Assembly: GCF_009914755.1 (NCBI RefSeq) | Contig: NC_060926.1 | DNA length: 64,000 nt | Direction: 5' to 3' (one strand) | From: the human T2T-CHM13v2.0 reference genome, Homo sapiens | Shown: in pieces, positions 27,336 to 43,770 of the stretch | How positions within the stretch are numbered: position 1 is the stretch's first letter | Layout: every line of letters begins with the position of its first letter | Notes under the pieces: generated by a model | Databases searched by the model: none | The model's input: only the letters and a program-made list of their open reading frames with translations | Told to the model about the DNA's origin: nothing | Made by a program: the position numbers and the translations under genes

Positions 27336-28569
27336 ACAGCAACCCCATTTTACCCTCTTCCTTGCCTCTGGCAGCCACCAGTACACTAGTACACTTTTTG
27401 ACTCTATGAATTTGACTATTTTACAGACTTCATAAAAGTAGAATCCTGAAATATTTGTCTTTCTGTGTCTGGCTTATTTCACTAAGCATAATGTCCTCAA
27501 AGTTCATCTATATTGTTGCATATTTCAGAATTCTTCTTTTCAAAGGCTCAACAGTATTTCATTGTTTGTATATAGTATTTTTTCTTTATCCATTTATCTG
27601 TCAATAGACATTTATGTTGCTTCCACATCTTGGCTATTCGTGAATAGTGCTGTATTGAACACAGCAGTATTAACATCTCTTCAGAATCCTGATTTCAATT
27701 CCTTTTGATTAATACTCAGAAGTGAAATTACTGGATCATACAATAGTCCTAATTCTAATTTTTTGAGGAACCTCCATACTGTTTTCTGTAGCATCTGCCC
27801 AACAAAGAGGAACCAAGATGAATCTTAAGAAGTATAAGTAGAAACTCACCCAACTAAAATTTCGAAATTTTAAATGTATTTAATGTGAATATAAGGGTAT
27901 TTCGTTGGTGAAAATTTAGAGAAATGGGCCAAAATAAAAAAACAAAACCCAAAAGAAAAAGCCTCATCAAACACATGTGAAGGAAATTCATACACATCAG
28001 AGGTGACCATCAATCAACAGGAAAATCGGAGACTAGGTAATAAATGTTGTCGGAATAATTATTTATCCATATTGGAAAAAAATTGAACAGTATCTCTATC
28101 TGATACTTTATTTAAAAATAAACTTTATGTGTAATAATATTTTAAATGTCAATACATTTTTTAATTCAGAAGAAAAAAGAATAAGATACTTTTTTTTTCT
28201 CAAAATAGAAAGGAATTTCAGAGATCAGACAAAAGTCTAATCATAAAGACAAGAATTATTAATTCGTCATCTGTAAAATTAGGCTTAAAATTTCTGTACA
28301 CAGGATTGCGATGTTCAGTAAAATACAATGTGAATAGTGTCTGAAGTTGTGTATGTGAATAATATTATGCCAATGAGTATATTATAAAAAGAAATCAAGA
28401 AAATAATTTAAAGCAACTCACAGACTACAGCTGGAAGAAAATATTTGTAAAACACGTAACTGGTAAAGAAGTAATACTCAGATTATATCAACAATTTCCA
28501 TAACTTATATTGTAAAGACAAATATAGAAAATGGATAATGAATAAAATATCACAAAGAAAAAATCTAGA

Positions 28570-30460
28570 CACACGTCTTATACTTTGCCCAAAAATTAAC
28601 TCAAAATTAATCATAGACCTATATGTACAAATATGAAATTATAAAACTTCTAGAAGAAAGTATTTTATAAAACCTATATGACCTTGGTTTTGATGATGAC
28701 GTACAATACCAAAAGCATAATCTATGAAAGAAGAAATTGATAGGTTTGACTTTATTAAAATTAAAAGGTTTTGTTCTGTGAATGAAAATGTTCAGAGAAT
28801 CAAAAATCATACTCTGGAAAAATATATTCACAAAACACATCTGATAAAGGACTTGAATACCAACTATACAAAGAACTCTTAAAACTCAACAATTTTAAAA
28901 AACCCAATTAAAAAATAAGCAAAAGATATGAACAGACACTTCACCAAATATACACACATACATATATATGTGTAAATATATATATATATATAAAAGCATA
29001 TGAAAAAATGTTCGACATCATTTTTTCATTATGGAAATGCAAATTAAAACAACAATGAGCTAACTCTACATACCTACTGGAGAACTAAAATTCAAAAAAC
29101 TGGCAATATTAACTTCTGGTGAGCATTCAGAGCAACAGAAACTCTCATTCATTGCTGGTGGGAATGAAAATGGTAAGCTACTTTGGAAAACAGTTTGACA
29201 GTTTCTTACAAAGCTAAACATATAGTCTTTCCATAAAATTCAGCAATCAATCTACTCTGTATTTACCAATCTGATTTAAATAAAACATATCCACAAAAAT
29301 CTGCATGCAAATGTTTATAGCAGCTTTATTTATAGTTGCTAAACCTGGAAGTAAGCCAAGATGTCCTTCAATCAGTGAATAGATAAACAGTGGCACATCC
29401 ATGGAGTGGAATATTATTCAGTGATAAAAAGTAACACAGCATCAAGCCATACAGAAACATAGATGTAGATTGCTAAGTGAAAAAAAAAAAAAAGACAATC
29501 TGGAAAGGCTACATATGGAATAACTCCAATTATATGACATTCTAGAAAAGACAAAGCTACAGAGATGGTAAACACAAGCGGAGTTGCCAAGGGGTTTGGA
29601 AAGGAGGAAGTATTGAATAAAGCGTAGGGGATTTTTTAGGTCAAACAAATCTTTACAACAATAGTAATGGTGGGATGTGATACTATGCATTTGCCAATAC
29701 CCATAGAAATGTACAGCACAAAGAGTGAGACTTAATGCTTGTAAATTTATTTTAAAAAATCTAGTTGATCATGAGATGCCAAAATGGGATGCAGGTATTG
29801 TGGCAAAAGCAGGTGACTTTATTACAAATATATGAGATAACCTCACTAAAGGGTATAGGAGAAAAAGGTGCTAACCACAGTAACTTTGGAAATGAGTGGC
29901 ATTTGTAAGACTAAAGTAAAAGGTACTGCACATAAGCACTGAACTCTAATAGATGAAGTTTTTTCCTCTAGGCCTATGGGTTAAAAATTCTGAAACCAGT
30001 ATGTAAGTATTCTGGAGTTGAACAAGCAAGTAATGGATTGTGATGGAGTGGGAGGTTACTGACAAGCAAGGGAAGAAGACTAGAATGATCCACATTGTTA
30101 GAGTTGGAGACATCTGTATGAACTCATGTTTAGCTTAATATAGATGTAGATGGACACACATAGAAATCTTTATAGATATGTTGATATACATAGGTTAGTA
30201 GGCATGTATATATTTTCTTGCTCTGTTAGCTGACAGGGCCTAGATAAAATGCTACTCCAACAGCAATAATCACATCTAACATCTAGATTTTTATTTCTAA
30301 TATTATTCTCAATAAAAGAAGCCAGGGCTCCAAGGAAAAATGGCTGGTTCTAGGGCTGGGATAGTTATATAAAAAATGATTCTGGAACATCTTGAAGTGT
30401 CAGAAAATAGGGAACTATTCAAAAATAGCATAATAATGGGGGTATGTAAAAGAGACCCAA
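28570..30460 (+). mobile_element. L1MC-type (L1MC3-like) ORF2 end and long 3'UTR
   Basis: aaaattaactcaaaat...atgaacagacacttcacca...cattgctggtgggaatg ORF2 C-terminal motifs followed by L1MC-type UTR. Confidence 0.75.
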
Positions 30461-30463
30461 GAG

Positions 30464-30745
30464 GTCTAGGCACGATGACTCACATCTGTAATCCCAGCAC
30501 TTTGGAAGGCTGAGGCAGGAGGATGACTTAAGCCCAGGAGTTTGAGACCAGCCTAGGCGACATAGTGAGACCCTTTCTCTACAAAACCTAGAAAAATTAG
30601 CTGGGCCTGTAGTCCCACCTATTAGGGAGGCTGACGCAGGAGATCAATTGCGTCCTAGAGGTCTAAGCTGCAGTGAGCTGAGATCGCACCATCGCACTCC
30701 AGTCTGGGCAACAGAGACCCTGACTCAAAAAAAAAAAAAAAAAAA
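30464..30745 (+). mobile_element. AluJ
   Basis: ggaggatgacttaagcccaggagtttgagaccagcctaggcgacatagtgagaccc J-type diagnostics, poly-A tail. Confidence 0.9.
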
Positions 30746-31097
30746 GCAGGCGGTGGGGAGAGAGGAGGAAAGAAAAGAGGAAAGACAAAAAGCTAAATGA
30801 CATACCTGGAAAAAAAATAATGCTGACAAATTTTTTATCCTGGTCTATGGCTGGTTTGCTACACACAGGCCAACATGAAAAAGAACTTTTATCAGTATTA
30901 GTTTATTTGTCAGTATTGGTTGATTTGTCAGTATTAGCTCATTCCCTCTCTTCTATGTAGAGGGAATCGTTTTTATTATTATTAAATCAGCTTTATTGAG
31001 GTATCATTTACACACAATTAAGTTGGCTTATTTTAAGTGCGTGGTTTAATAAATTTTGACAAATGTATACAGTTGTTTGAAAACCCACAAACAAAAT

Positions 31098-31390
31098 ACA
31101 GTTGACCCTTGAACAATGCAGAGATTAGGGGCGCTAACCTCCTAAGCAGTAGAAACTTTGTGTCTAACTTTTTTTTTCTTTTTTTTTTTTGTTTTTAACA
31201 CAAGGTCTTGCTATGTTCCCCAGGCTGGTCTCAAACTCCTGTACTCAAGCAATCATCCTGCCTCAGCCTCCCAAACTGCTGAGATGACAGGCGTGAGCCA
31301 TCACGCCCAGACCTGCTGTATATAACTTTCGACTTCCAAAAAGGTAACCACTGTTGACTGGAAGCTTTACTGATAACAGAAAAAGCTGAT
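31098..31390. mobile_element. Tigger2-family DNA transposon fragment, split by an Alu monomer
   Basis: ta-cagttgacccttgaacaa terminal inverted repeat motif; continues gtatataactttcgacttcc...ctgttgactggaagctttactgataaca. Confidence 0.7.
31169..31313 (-). mobile_element. FLAM_C / Alu left monomer
   Basis: Poly-T then ggtcttgctatgttccccaggctggtctcaaactcctg...gtgagccatcacgcccag; degenerate TSD tgt(g/a)t(c/a)taacttt at 31159-31171 and 31317-31329. Confidence 0.85.
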
Positions 31391-32744
31391 ATATATATAT
31401 AGTATGTTTTCGTTATTAATTTACCTATTTTGAATGTATCATGTGTTTTTAATGTGCATTTCTCTGACAATAATGTTAACAACATTGAACATATTTTCAA
31501 GTGATATTGGACATTAATATATCTTCTTTGCTAAAGCATCTTCCGCATACTTTACTCTCATTTATTTTACTTTTTTTTTTAATATAGAGAGAGTTATTTG
31601 GACCAAGGTTGAGGACTATAGGCCAGGACACACTGCCAAGTTGCTTTACAGAATGCTCCCTACCCTCATTTTTTAAAGTGAGGTTGTCTTCACTTTTTTT
31701 TTTTTTTTGGTTTTACAAGTTCTTTGCATATGGCAGATACAACATATATTTGTCGAATAATTGTTTTGCAAATATTTTCTCCCAGTCTGCAGCTTATCAT
31801 TTAATTTTCTTAATAGTGTCTTTGCCAATGGTATATTTGAAGATGTTTTTATTTATGCCTAAGTCCAAATTTTTGTCATGCTTTTGTATGCTAAGAAAAA
31901 TGTGTCTAAAAAGGAACAGTTTTAATGTTAATCATATACATTGAATCTATTTTCAAAAAGAATCAATCTGAGTAGTTGGCTAAGAGGCAGGCAGCAAATC
32001 AGGTTGGGTGACAGGCAGGATATCTTAAGTGTCTAAAGGGTTCTGGACTTTTGGACAAGTAACTGTTCTCACTATATGTCCTTCTGGTAAAAGCAGACCC
32101 ATGTGCCCTACACTAATCTGTTTTTCTGTGCTATGTTCTTCTTTGCTAGATAGAACACCTTTCTGTCCCTAAATCATGATAGCAGCAACATCTACTGTTA
32201 CAGCCCCTTGGATATTTCAAAGTATTTTTCAATCTCTCAATTTATTTGATCCCCACATCCCTGTGAAGTCAGATCAGAAACTTCTACTGTTATGTTTTTA
32301 TGACACACAAACTTCTACTATGCTATATTTTATAGGTGAGAACTTAAGTAACTGACTAAGGTTGCATAGGCATTAAGTAAAGTTAGGACTAAATCTAAAT
32401 CTTCTGACACAAGATAGGATGTCGCCTGTCTTCCTTGCAAATGTTTGAGCAATTGTGATTAAACCAAAGTCCTTTTCATGCATAGAGTCAGACTGAAATG
32501 GAGAGGCTGGGTTAGGGAGAGGGACTGTTCATAAAAATTGGGCCCAACCTGCTAATTCATTCTATATCACAAGAGGCACTGTGATACAATGGGAAAAAGG
32601 AGAGCCTTGAAATTAGAGAAATGAGAGTTTTGAACCCAGTGTAAAAATTTGTGCCTTCTGAGTTGATTTGTTCAATTGAAATATGTGAGATGAATTATTC
32701 CCTCACTCATTAGACATATATTTCTTAACATCTGATAATTAGTT

Positions 32745-32985
32745 GCCTTTTAATAATATGAGCTAAAGTTTTTAGAGCACTTAACGTGTCAGAAACTATG
32801 CTACCCATTTAATCTATTGCATGTATGCCTCAAACCATCTCTATAAGGTGTATAACCTTATCCCAATTTAACAAAAAGTGAAACAAGTTTAGGAATTTTG
32901 TCTTGCCTGAGCCCCACAGATTATATATTGGGGGTTCAAGACTGACTCAAAACCTATGCTCTCAGCACCTAATCCACATTGCATC
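32745..32985 (-). mobile_element. MIR
   Basis: taataatatgagctaaagtttttagagcacttaacgtgtcagaaactatgcta... MIR 3' part in reverse. Confidence 0.55.
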
Positions 32986-33063
32986 TCATCTTTAATATGA
33001 ACACATAACCTTTGCTGGATAAAGTTACTTTGAAAATTTAAAATAATTCGTATTAAAGTGGAC

Positions 33064-33460
33064 TGTAATACTTGCCTTTATCCAGTTTCTTCCTCTTTTC
33101 AGTGTATGATAGGATTAAACTTCACAGCTAAGCTTGCAGTTGGGTGGAGCTCTATGACTAGTTCTGGCCAGCAGGGTTTGGACAGAACACATGTGTGCCA
33201 CATCCAGGATTGAGCATTTAATTTTCAGCACAGAACTATCCAGTGCTCTGTTTTCCTGCCTGGGAGATTATGGAAATGTGTGATAATATAGAGATTCCAT
33301 AAGACTCAAATGGCCTGGAATGCTGAACCCACCTATGGAGGAAAGCTACTCTGGAGAGTTTTGCAGAGTGAACTTTGTATGAGAGAAAAATAAAATTTTC
33401 TTGTCTTAAATGATTGACATTTGGGAGTTGTTTGTTACCACAGCATAACCTAGTGAAAGC
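33064..33460 (+). mobile_element. MLT1 (I/J-like) LTR
   Basis: atgactagttctggcca...gagaaaaataaaattttcttgtcttaa...ttgtttgttaccacagcataacctag. Confidence 0.7.
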
Positions 33461-34934
33461 GTCCTCACTTGTACAACATCGCCCCTGGGGTGGTGGTGAT
33501 TGTGATCATTTTGGTGGTGGTTAGTCTTGATGATATTGTGCATAGACCATCAAGTCATCTCTCAAAGCTAACCTTCTTACGATGTTTGACCCCTTCCCCA
33601 GACAGGCAAAATAATATTTTTACAAAGTACCAAAAAATGATATATATGTGAAATGTCATTAAATGGCATGGAAAAGAAGTGAATATATTGTCTGCAGTGT
33701 TCAGCAGAAACCTAAGCAGCAGATAAACAGCCTTTTCCCGTGAGTTAACTCTGGAGGCTCTCAATCTACTTACAAGTCATTATAAAGGCATTATCCTCAC
33801 AAGCATGAATGACTTACAAACCATCCCACCACTAAGTAAATTAAAGCGGCCTTCTTGATCTCTATCAGGAAGGCCTTCCCCCTTAACAAGTTCCACATTG
33901 CAGACAAACCTTTCTGCCATCTGCTCGAATGGAAACGTGTGGCATAACCCTGCATGGGAACACTTTGCCCTTGGTAAGGAAAGAGACCTTGGGGGATCAT
34001 TTGGAAAACCACCCTCTTGGCACACAATCTGTGGCTAGAGTTTGCCCTTTGTCCCTTGTGTGCAATGATCTATTCTGATATGAATGTCGTTTTGAATGAA
34101 TGTATATGAGATATATTTACATATGCTAACCACCAGGGTGGTTTCCAGTGGTGTTGGTAATGGTGGCAGGATCCACATACTGCCATACCACAGATTTTAA
34201 TTGGGGAATGATATCAATGTCTTCCAAGCCACAAAAGGAAATAAGCCATCTTTAAAGCTCAATAGGATTTATGTAGGGTAGTTGCCCCATGTGTACTGTC
34301 CTCCACCTCATCAAGCTAACTCTTACTGATCCTTTAAAATTCACCTCTTCCAAGATGCAGTCTCTGATCACCTCATGGGAGTTAGGTAACCCTTCTTCTT
34401 GTTCCATTTACTCTCTGCATACCTGTCTCTCTATATAACACAAAGGATATCCAGCTGTGGTGCAGCATATAGGGCTACAGCTGTTGCTGCCTGGGGTAAT
34501 TTTAATGATGTTCCACAGTTGTATCATCATGTGCATTTCTTTGTGCCATGGGTATCAATTTTCAAATCCAGCTTAAAGCGAAACATGGAACATCCCACTA
34601 TAGGTGGTTTAAAGTGTTCTCTTCTCTCAGAGATCACACATGATATCAATTCTGCAGAAGCCACCAGAGAGAACTCAAACCTTTTCATGAAGAGAAAATA
34701 AAACAATCATTTCACTAAGAAAGAAGGCAACTTGCGTTTTCCAAGGCATGCTTTTTTGTTTTCATCTCTCCATAATTTTTAGATGTTGACATTAAGTAAC
34801 TAATTATCTAATAACTAATGCTTGATGTTGAATCATAACACATACAATGAATTCTCACACACTACATTGTCATCACTCAGTTGCATAGAAAGTATTTTTC
34901 TACAAAGCTTCCTAGCTAAATTCAAAGTATTACA

Positions 34935-36550
34935 AATTAACACTTTTATTGTATACATTTAAAGTCTATAACTGGATGATTTAACATATTTGTAAATTGT
35001 GAAATAATCATAACAATCAAGATAATTTTCATATCCATAACCTCATGTATTACCATTTGTGTGTGTGTGCATATGAGACAGGAACACTTAAGGTCTACCC
35101 TCTTTGCAGATTTCAAGTATTCGATATAATTTGTTACCTAGGGTCACCATGTTATGCATTTGCTCTCCAGAACTGATGCATCCTACATGACAGAAACTTT
35201 GTACCCTTTGACTAATATCTCCTCAAATCCCCTTTCCCTTAGTCCTACCTTAGAACTACCATTCTACTCTCTGCTTCTATAAATTTGACTATTTTGGATT
35301 CCACATATAAGTGAGATCATACAGTATTTGTCTTTTGGTGTCTGGCTTATTTCACTTAGCATAATGCCCTCCAGGTTTTTCCATGTTGTCACAAATGTCA
35401 GGATTTCCTTCTTTTTAAGACTGAATAATATTTAATTGCATATATATGTGACCTTTTATTTATCCACTCATCTTTTTATTGACATCCATCTCTTGACTGT
35501 TGTGAATAATGCTGCAATGAACATGGTAGTTCAGATGTGTCTTTGAGATTCTGATTTCAATTCCTTTGCATAAATACTCAGAAGTAATATTGCTGGGTCA
35601 TGTGGTAGTTCTATTTTTAATTTTTGGAAGAATCCCCACACTGTTCTCCATAATGGCTGTACAAATTTAGCATAATAAATTTAACATTCTCACTGTTGGT
35701 GGAAATGTACCAAGAACCCCTTTTCTATACATCCTTGTCAATGCTTATGATCATTTTTTTTCTCATAATAACAATTCTAACAAGTGTGAAGTAATATCTT
35801 ATAGTGGCTTTCATTTGCATTTTTCTGATCATTAGTGATTTTGAGTCTCTTTTCAGGTACCTGTTGGCCATTTGTATGTCTTCTTTGGAAAAATGCCTAT
35901 TCTGGTCTTTTGCTCACTTTTTAAAGGGTTATCTGTTTTTTACTAATTATATAAATTATTTATTTTAAATATTAATTCTTTATCAGATATATGGTTTACA
36001 AATATTTTCTCCCATGCCAAAGGTTGCCTTTTCATTTTGTTGACTGTTTTCTTTACTGTGCAGAAACGTTTTAGTTTGATGTAATCCCACTTGCTTTCTT
36101 TTGCTTTTATTGCCTGTGTTTTCCACAGCATATTCAAAAATGTGCTTCCAAGACTAACGTCAAGGAAGTTTTTCGCTATGTTTTCTGCTAGAGGTTTTAT
36201 AGTTTCAGGTCTTATGTTTAAGTCTTTAATCTATTCCGAATTGATTTTTGTGTACTGTGTAAAATAAGGGTACAATTTCATTCTTTTGCATGTGGATATT
36301 CAGTTTTCCCAGCACCACTTATTTAAGAGATTTTTTCCATTGTGTATTCTTGATGTTTTTGTCAAAGATCAGTTGGCCATATATGCATGGGTTTATTTCT
36401 GGGCGCTCTATTCTTTTCCATTAGTCTATGTGTCTGTTGTTATGCCAATACCATACTGTTTTGGTTACAATAGGTTTGTAGTATAATCTGAAATCAAGAA
36501 GTATGAAACCTCCAACGTTGTTATTTTTTTGCAAACTATACTTGATATAA
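34935..36550 (-). mobile_element. L1MA-type 3' portion (3'UTR and ORF2 C-terminal remnant)
   Basis: L1MA 3'UTR motifs; ORF 35943-36137 (KWDYIKLKRFCTVK...WEKIF) is ORF2-like. Confidence 0.85.
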
Positions 36551-37436
36551 TCAAAGCCATGCATAGATATAGTTGGATGTAGACTACATACTCAGAACCT
36601 ACACCTTGATCAAGTGCATTGGCAAAAGCTAAGAATTCAGTGTGACTAGAAATAAGGATCCCATTCAGGAGCAGGTTGTTCAGTTTCCATGTAGTTGAGT
36701 GGTTTTGAGTGAGTTTCTTAATCCTGAGTTCTAGTTTGATTGCACTGTGGTCTGAGAGACAGTTTGTTATAATGTCTGATCTTTTACATCTGCTGAGGAG
36801 AGCTTTACTTCCAACTATGTGGTCAATTTTGGAATAGGTGTGGTGTGGTGCTGAAAAAAATGTATATTCTGTTGATTTGGGGTGGAGAGTTCTGAAGATG
36901 TCTATTAGCTCTGCTTGGTGCAGAGCTGAGTTCAATTCCTGGGTATACTTGTTAACTTTCTGTCTCGTTGATCTGTCTAATGTTGACAGTGGGGTGTTAA
37001 AGTCTCCCATTATTATTGTGTGGGAGCCTAAGTCTCTTTGTAGGTCACTCAGGACTTGCTTTATGAATCTGGGTGCACCTGTATTGGGTGCATATATATT
37101 TAGGATAGTTAGCTCCTCTTGTTGAATTGATCCCTTTACCATGATGTAATGGCCTTCTTTGTCTCTTTTGATCTTTGTTGGTTTAAAGTCTATTTTATCA
37201 GAGACTAGGATTGCAACCCCTGCCTTTTTTTGTTTTCCATTTGCTTGGTAGATCTTCCTCCATCCTTTTATTTTGAGGCTATGTGTGTCTCTGCACATGA
37301 GATGGGTTTCCTGAATACAGCACACTGATGGGTCTTGACTCTTTATCCAATTTGCCAGTCTGTGTCTTTTAATTGGAGCATTTAGTCCATTTACATTTAA
37401 AGTTAATATTGTTATGTGTGAATTTGATCCTGTCAT
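36465..37436 (-). CDS. Open 323-codon frame: L1 ORF2p endonuclease (aa 1-258) plus 65 flank-derived residues; expression unknown
   Basis: [19 protein letters not shown]...IQETH...IYAPN...GDFN...KIDH...SDH...WKLNNLLLN then non-L1 sequence; APE-type catalytic motifs are all present. Confidence 0.6.
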   Translation of the reverse strand: MTGSNSHITILTLNVNGLNAPIKRHRLANWIKSQDPSVCCIQETHLMCRDTHSLKIKGWRKIYQANGKQKKAGVAILVSDKIDFKPTKIKRDKEGHYIMVKGSIQQEELTILNIYAPNTGAPRFIKQVLSDLQRDLGSHTIIMGDFNTPLSTLDRSTRQKVNKYTQELNSALHQAELIDIFRTLHPKSTEYTFFSAPHHTYSKIDHIVGSKALLSRCKRSDIITNCLSDHSAIKLELRIKKLTQNHSTTWKLNNLLLNGILISSHTEFLAFANALDQGVGSEYVVYIQLYLCMALIISSIVCKKITTLEVSYFLISDYTTNLL

Positions 37437-37499
37437 TATGATGTTAGCTGGTTATTTTGCTCGTTAGTTGACGGAGTTTCTTCCTAACCTCGATGGTCT

Positions 37500-38516
37500 T
37501 TACAATTTGGCATGATTTTGCAGTGGCTGGTACCAGCTGTTCCTTTCCATGTTTAGTGCTTCCTTCAGGAGTTCTTTTAGGCCAGGCCTGGTAGTGACAA
37601 AATCTCTCAGCATTTGCTTGTCTGTAAAGGATTTTATTTCTCCTTCACTTATGAAGCTTCGTTTGGCTGGATATGAAATTCTGGGTTGAAAATTCTTTTC
37701 TTTAAGAATGTTGAATATTGGCCCCCACTCTCTTCTGGTTTGTAGAGTTTCTGCCGAGAGATCCGCTGTTAGTCTGATGGGCTTCCCTTTGTGGGTAACC
37801 CGACCTTTCTCTCTGGCTGCCCTTAACATTTTTTCCTTCATTTCAACTTTGGTGAATCTGACAATTATGTGTCTTGGAGTTGCTCTTCTCGAGGAGTATC
37901 TTTGTGGCGTTCTCTGTATTTCCTGAATCTGAATGTTGGCCTGCCTTGCTAGATTGGGGAAGTTCTCCTGGATAATATCCTGCAGAGTGTTTTCCAATTT
38001 GGTTCCATTCTCCCCGTCACTTTCAGGTACACCAATCAGATGTAGATTTGGTCTTTTCACATAGTCCCATATTTCTTGGAGGCTTTGTTCGTTTCTTTTT
38101 ATTCTTTTTTCTCTAAACTTCCCTTCTCGCTTCATTTCATTCATTTCATCTTCCATCACTGATACCCTTTCTTCCAGTTGATCGCATCGGCTCCTGAGGC
38201 TTCTGCATTCTTCATGTAGTTCTCGAGCCTTGGCTTTCAGCTCCATCAGGTCCTTTAAGCACTTCTCTGTATTGGTTATTCTAGTTATACATTCTTCTAA
38301 ATTTTTTTCAAAGTTTTCAACTTCTTTGCCTTTGGTTTGAATTTCCTCCTGTAGCTCGGAGTAGTTTGATCATCTGAAGCCTTCTTCTCTCAACTTGTCA
38401 AAGTCATTCTCCGTCCAGCTTTGTTCCGTTGCTGGTGAGGATCGGCGTTCCTTTGGAGGAGGAGAGGCGCTCTGCTTTTTAGAGTTTCCAGTTTTTCTGC
38501 TCTGCTTTTTCCCCAT
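37500..38516 (-). pseudogene. L1 ORF1 (338 codons) with nonsense codon at position 49
   Basis: ATG GGG AAA AAG at 38516; TGA at 38372-38370 (CpG-type CGA>TGA); open from M91 (MELKAKAREL...) to the stop at 37500. Confidence 0.92.
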
Positions 38517-42230
<3,714 letters not shown>

Positions 42231-42919
42231 ACAATGAGAACACATGGACACAGGAAGGGGAACATCACACTCTGGGGACTATTGTGGGGTGGGGGGAGTG
42301 GGGGAGGGATAGCTTTAGGAGATATACCTAATGCTAAATGATGAATTAATGGGTGCAGAACACCAGCATGGCACATGTATACATATGTAACTAACCTGCA
42401 CATTGTGCACATGTACCCTAAAACTTAAAGTATAATAATAATAAAATAAAAAGAAATAAGGATCCCAAGACATACTCAGTGGAGAATGGGATGAAGGTAG
42501 GAGGAATTTCAAGCTCACAAGGAAATAAGTACATAAAAGTTGTTATACAGTCAGTTTTTTCTGAGCCATTCTTAGCAGATTATTTTGTGGTATTTAAATA
42601 TTTTTACAGACAAATAATTGGACTATATTCTCCTATCTGTTTCAGTAAAGTTTTAGGATAGATACAAAGAAAACTACAAAAGTTATCTACTTTACAGTAT
42701 CCTGCCTTATGGAAGCATACTTCTGCCCTGAGTGTACAACATGTTGTAATAAAATAACACTTATGTTCTACATAATCATCTATTCATGAGCTTATTTCCC
42801 CTCTAGGTTGAGAGGTTTTTGATAACTGTATATTATGCATTTTCTATAGCCTGCATGTATAACATTGTAGTTAATGAATTAACACATTCGTTAATATAAT
42901 TGACATAACATGAAAACTG

Positions 42920-43770
42920 TAGTTCTAATCTTTAAGTAGGGGAAGATTTCTTAAAATAACCATGTTGCTAATAATAAAGACAATTGGTAATTTTGTTTAC
43001 ATTAAAATTAAAATGTCTGTATATAGCAAAACATTTTTTAAAAGAGCAGAATGCTAAGCTATAAACTGGGAGAATATACTGCAATATACATAACCGACAT
43101 TAGGATAAGTATCAAAAACATAAACTTCTAGAAATAAAAAAGAAAAGAATTCAAAAGAAAAGTAGGCAAAAGACATGAACGGTATTTTACATGAGTAATT
43201 ACATAAGACCAATAAATATGAGAAATGTTTGATTTCATTAGGGATGTGGGAAATGCAGTCAAGATCTGAATGAGATATCATCTACAACCATTCAATGGCA
43301 AAAATCAAGAAATCCAGTGTTTGAGAGAATGGGATCAATGAAATCTATTTCACATTGCTGATAGATGTGTAAATTACTGTTGGAAGACAGGTTTCTATTT
43401 TCTTGTAAGACTAGATATTCAAACACCTTTATTACATAGCAATTCCATTCCATTCCTAGGTGTGTGTACATGTGTATGTGTGTGTGAGTGTCCAAAAGCT
43501 ACTCTTACATATCTGCAGAAAACATATATAAGAAATTTATAAGATCAATAGCTGGAAATATTACAAGGCTCTTTAATAATACAATGGATAAATTGTGATA
43601 TATTTACACAATGGGATATCTTATAGCAGTTAAAACATATAAACTCTATATGCAATTATATGAATAAATCATAGCAATATATAATCAAGCAGAGAAGTAA
43701 ATCTCAAAATATTACATAGCACATAATAGCTTTTTTTATAAATTTGGAATCAAAACTGAAGTATATGCTT
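42920..43770 (+). mobile_element. Old L1ME-type ORF2 end/3'UTR remnant
   Basis: taggggaagatttctta...ctgggagaatatactgcaatataca...gcaattccattcc. Confidence 0.6.

Larger units (their letters stand above)
24010..27805 (-). mobile_element. L1MA-type 3' region split by a MER4A LTR (pieces 24010-24144 and 27336-27805)
   Basis: ...ccattgaacag | caaccccatttt...tggcttatttcactaagcataatgtcctc is continuous L1 3'UTR once the LTR is removed. Confidence 0.75.
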
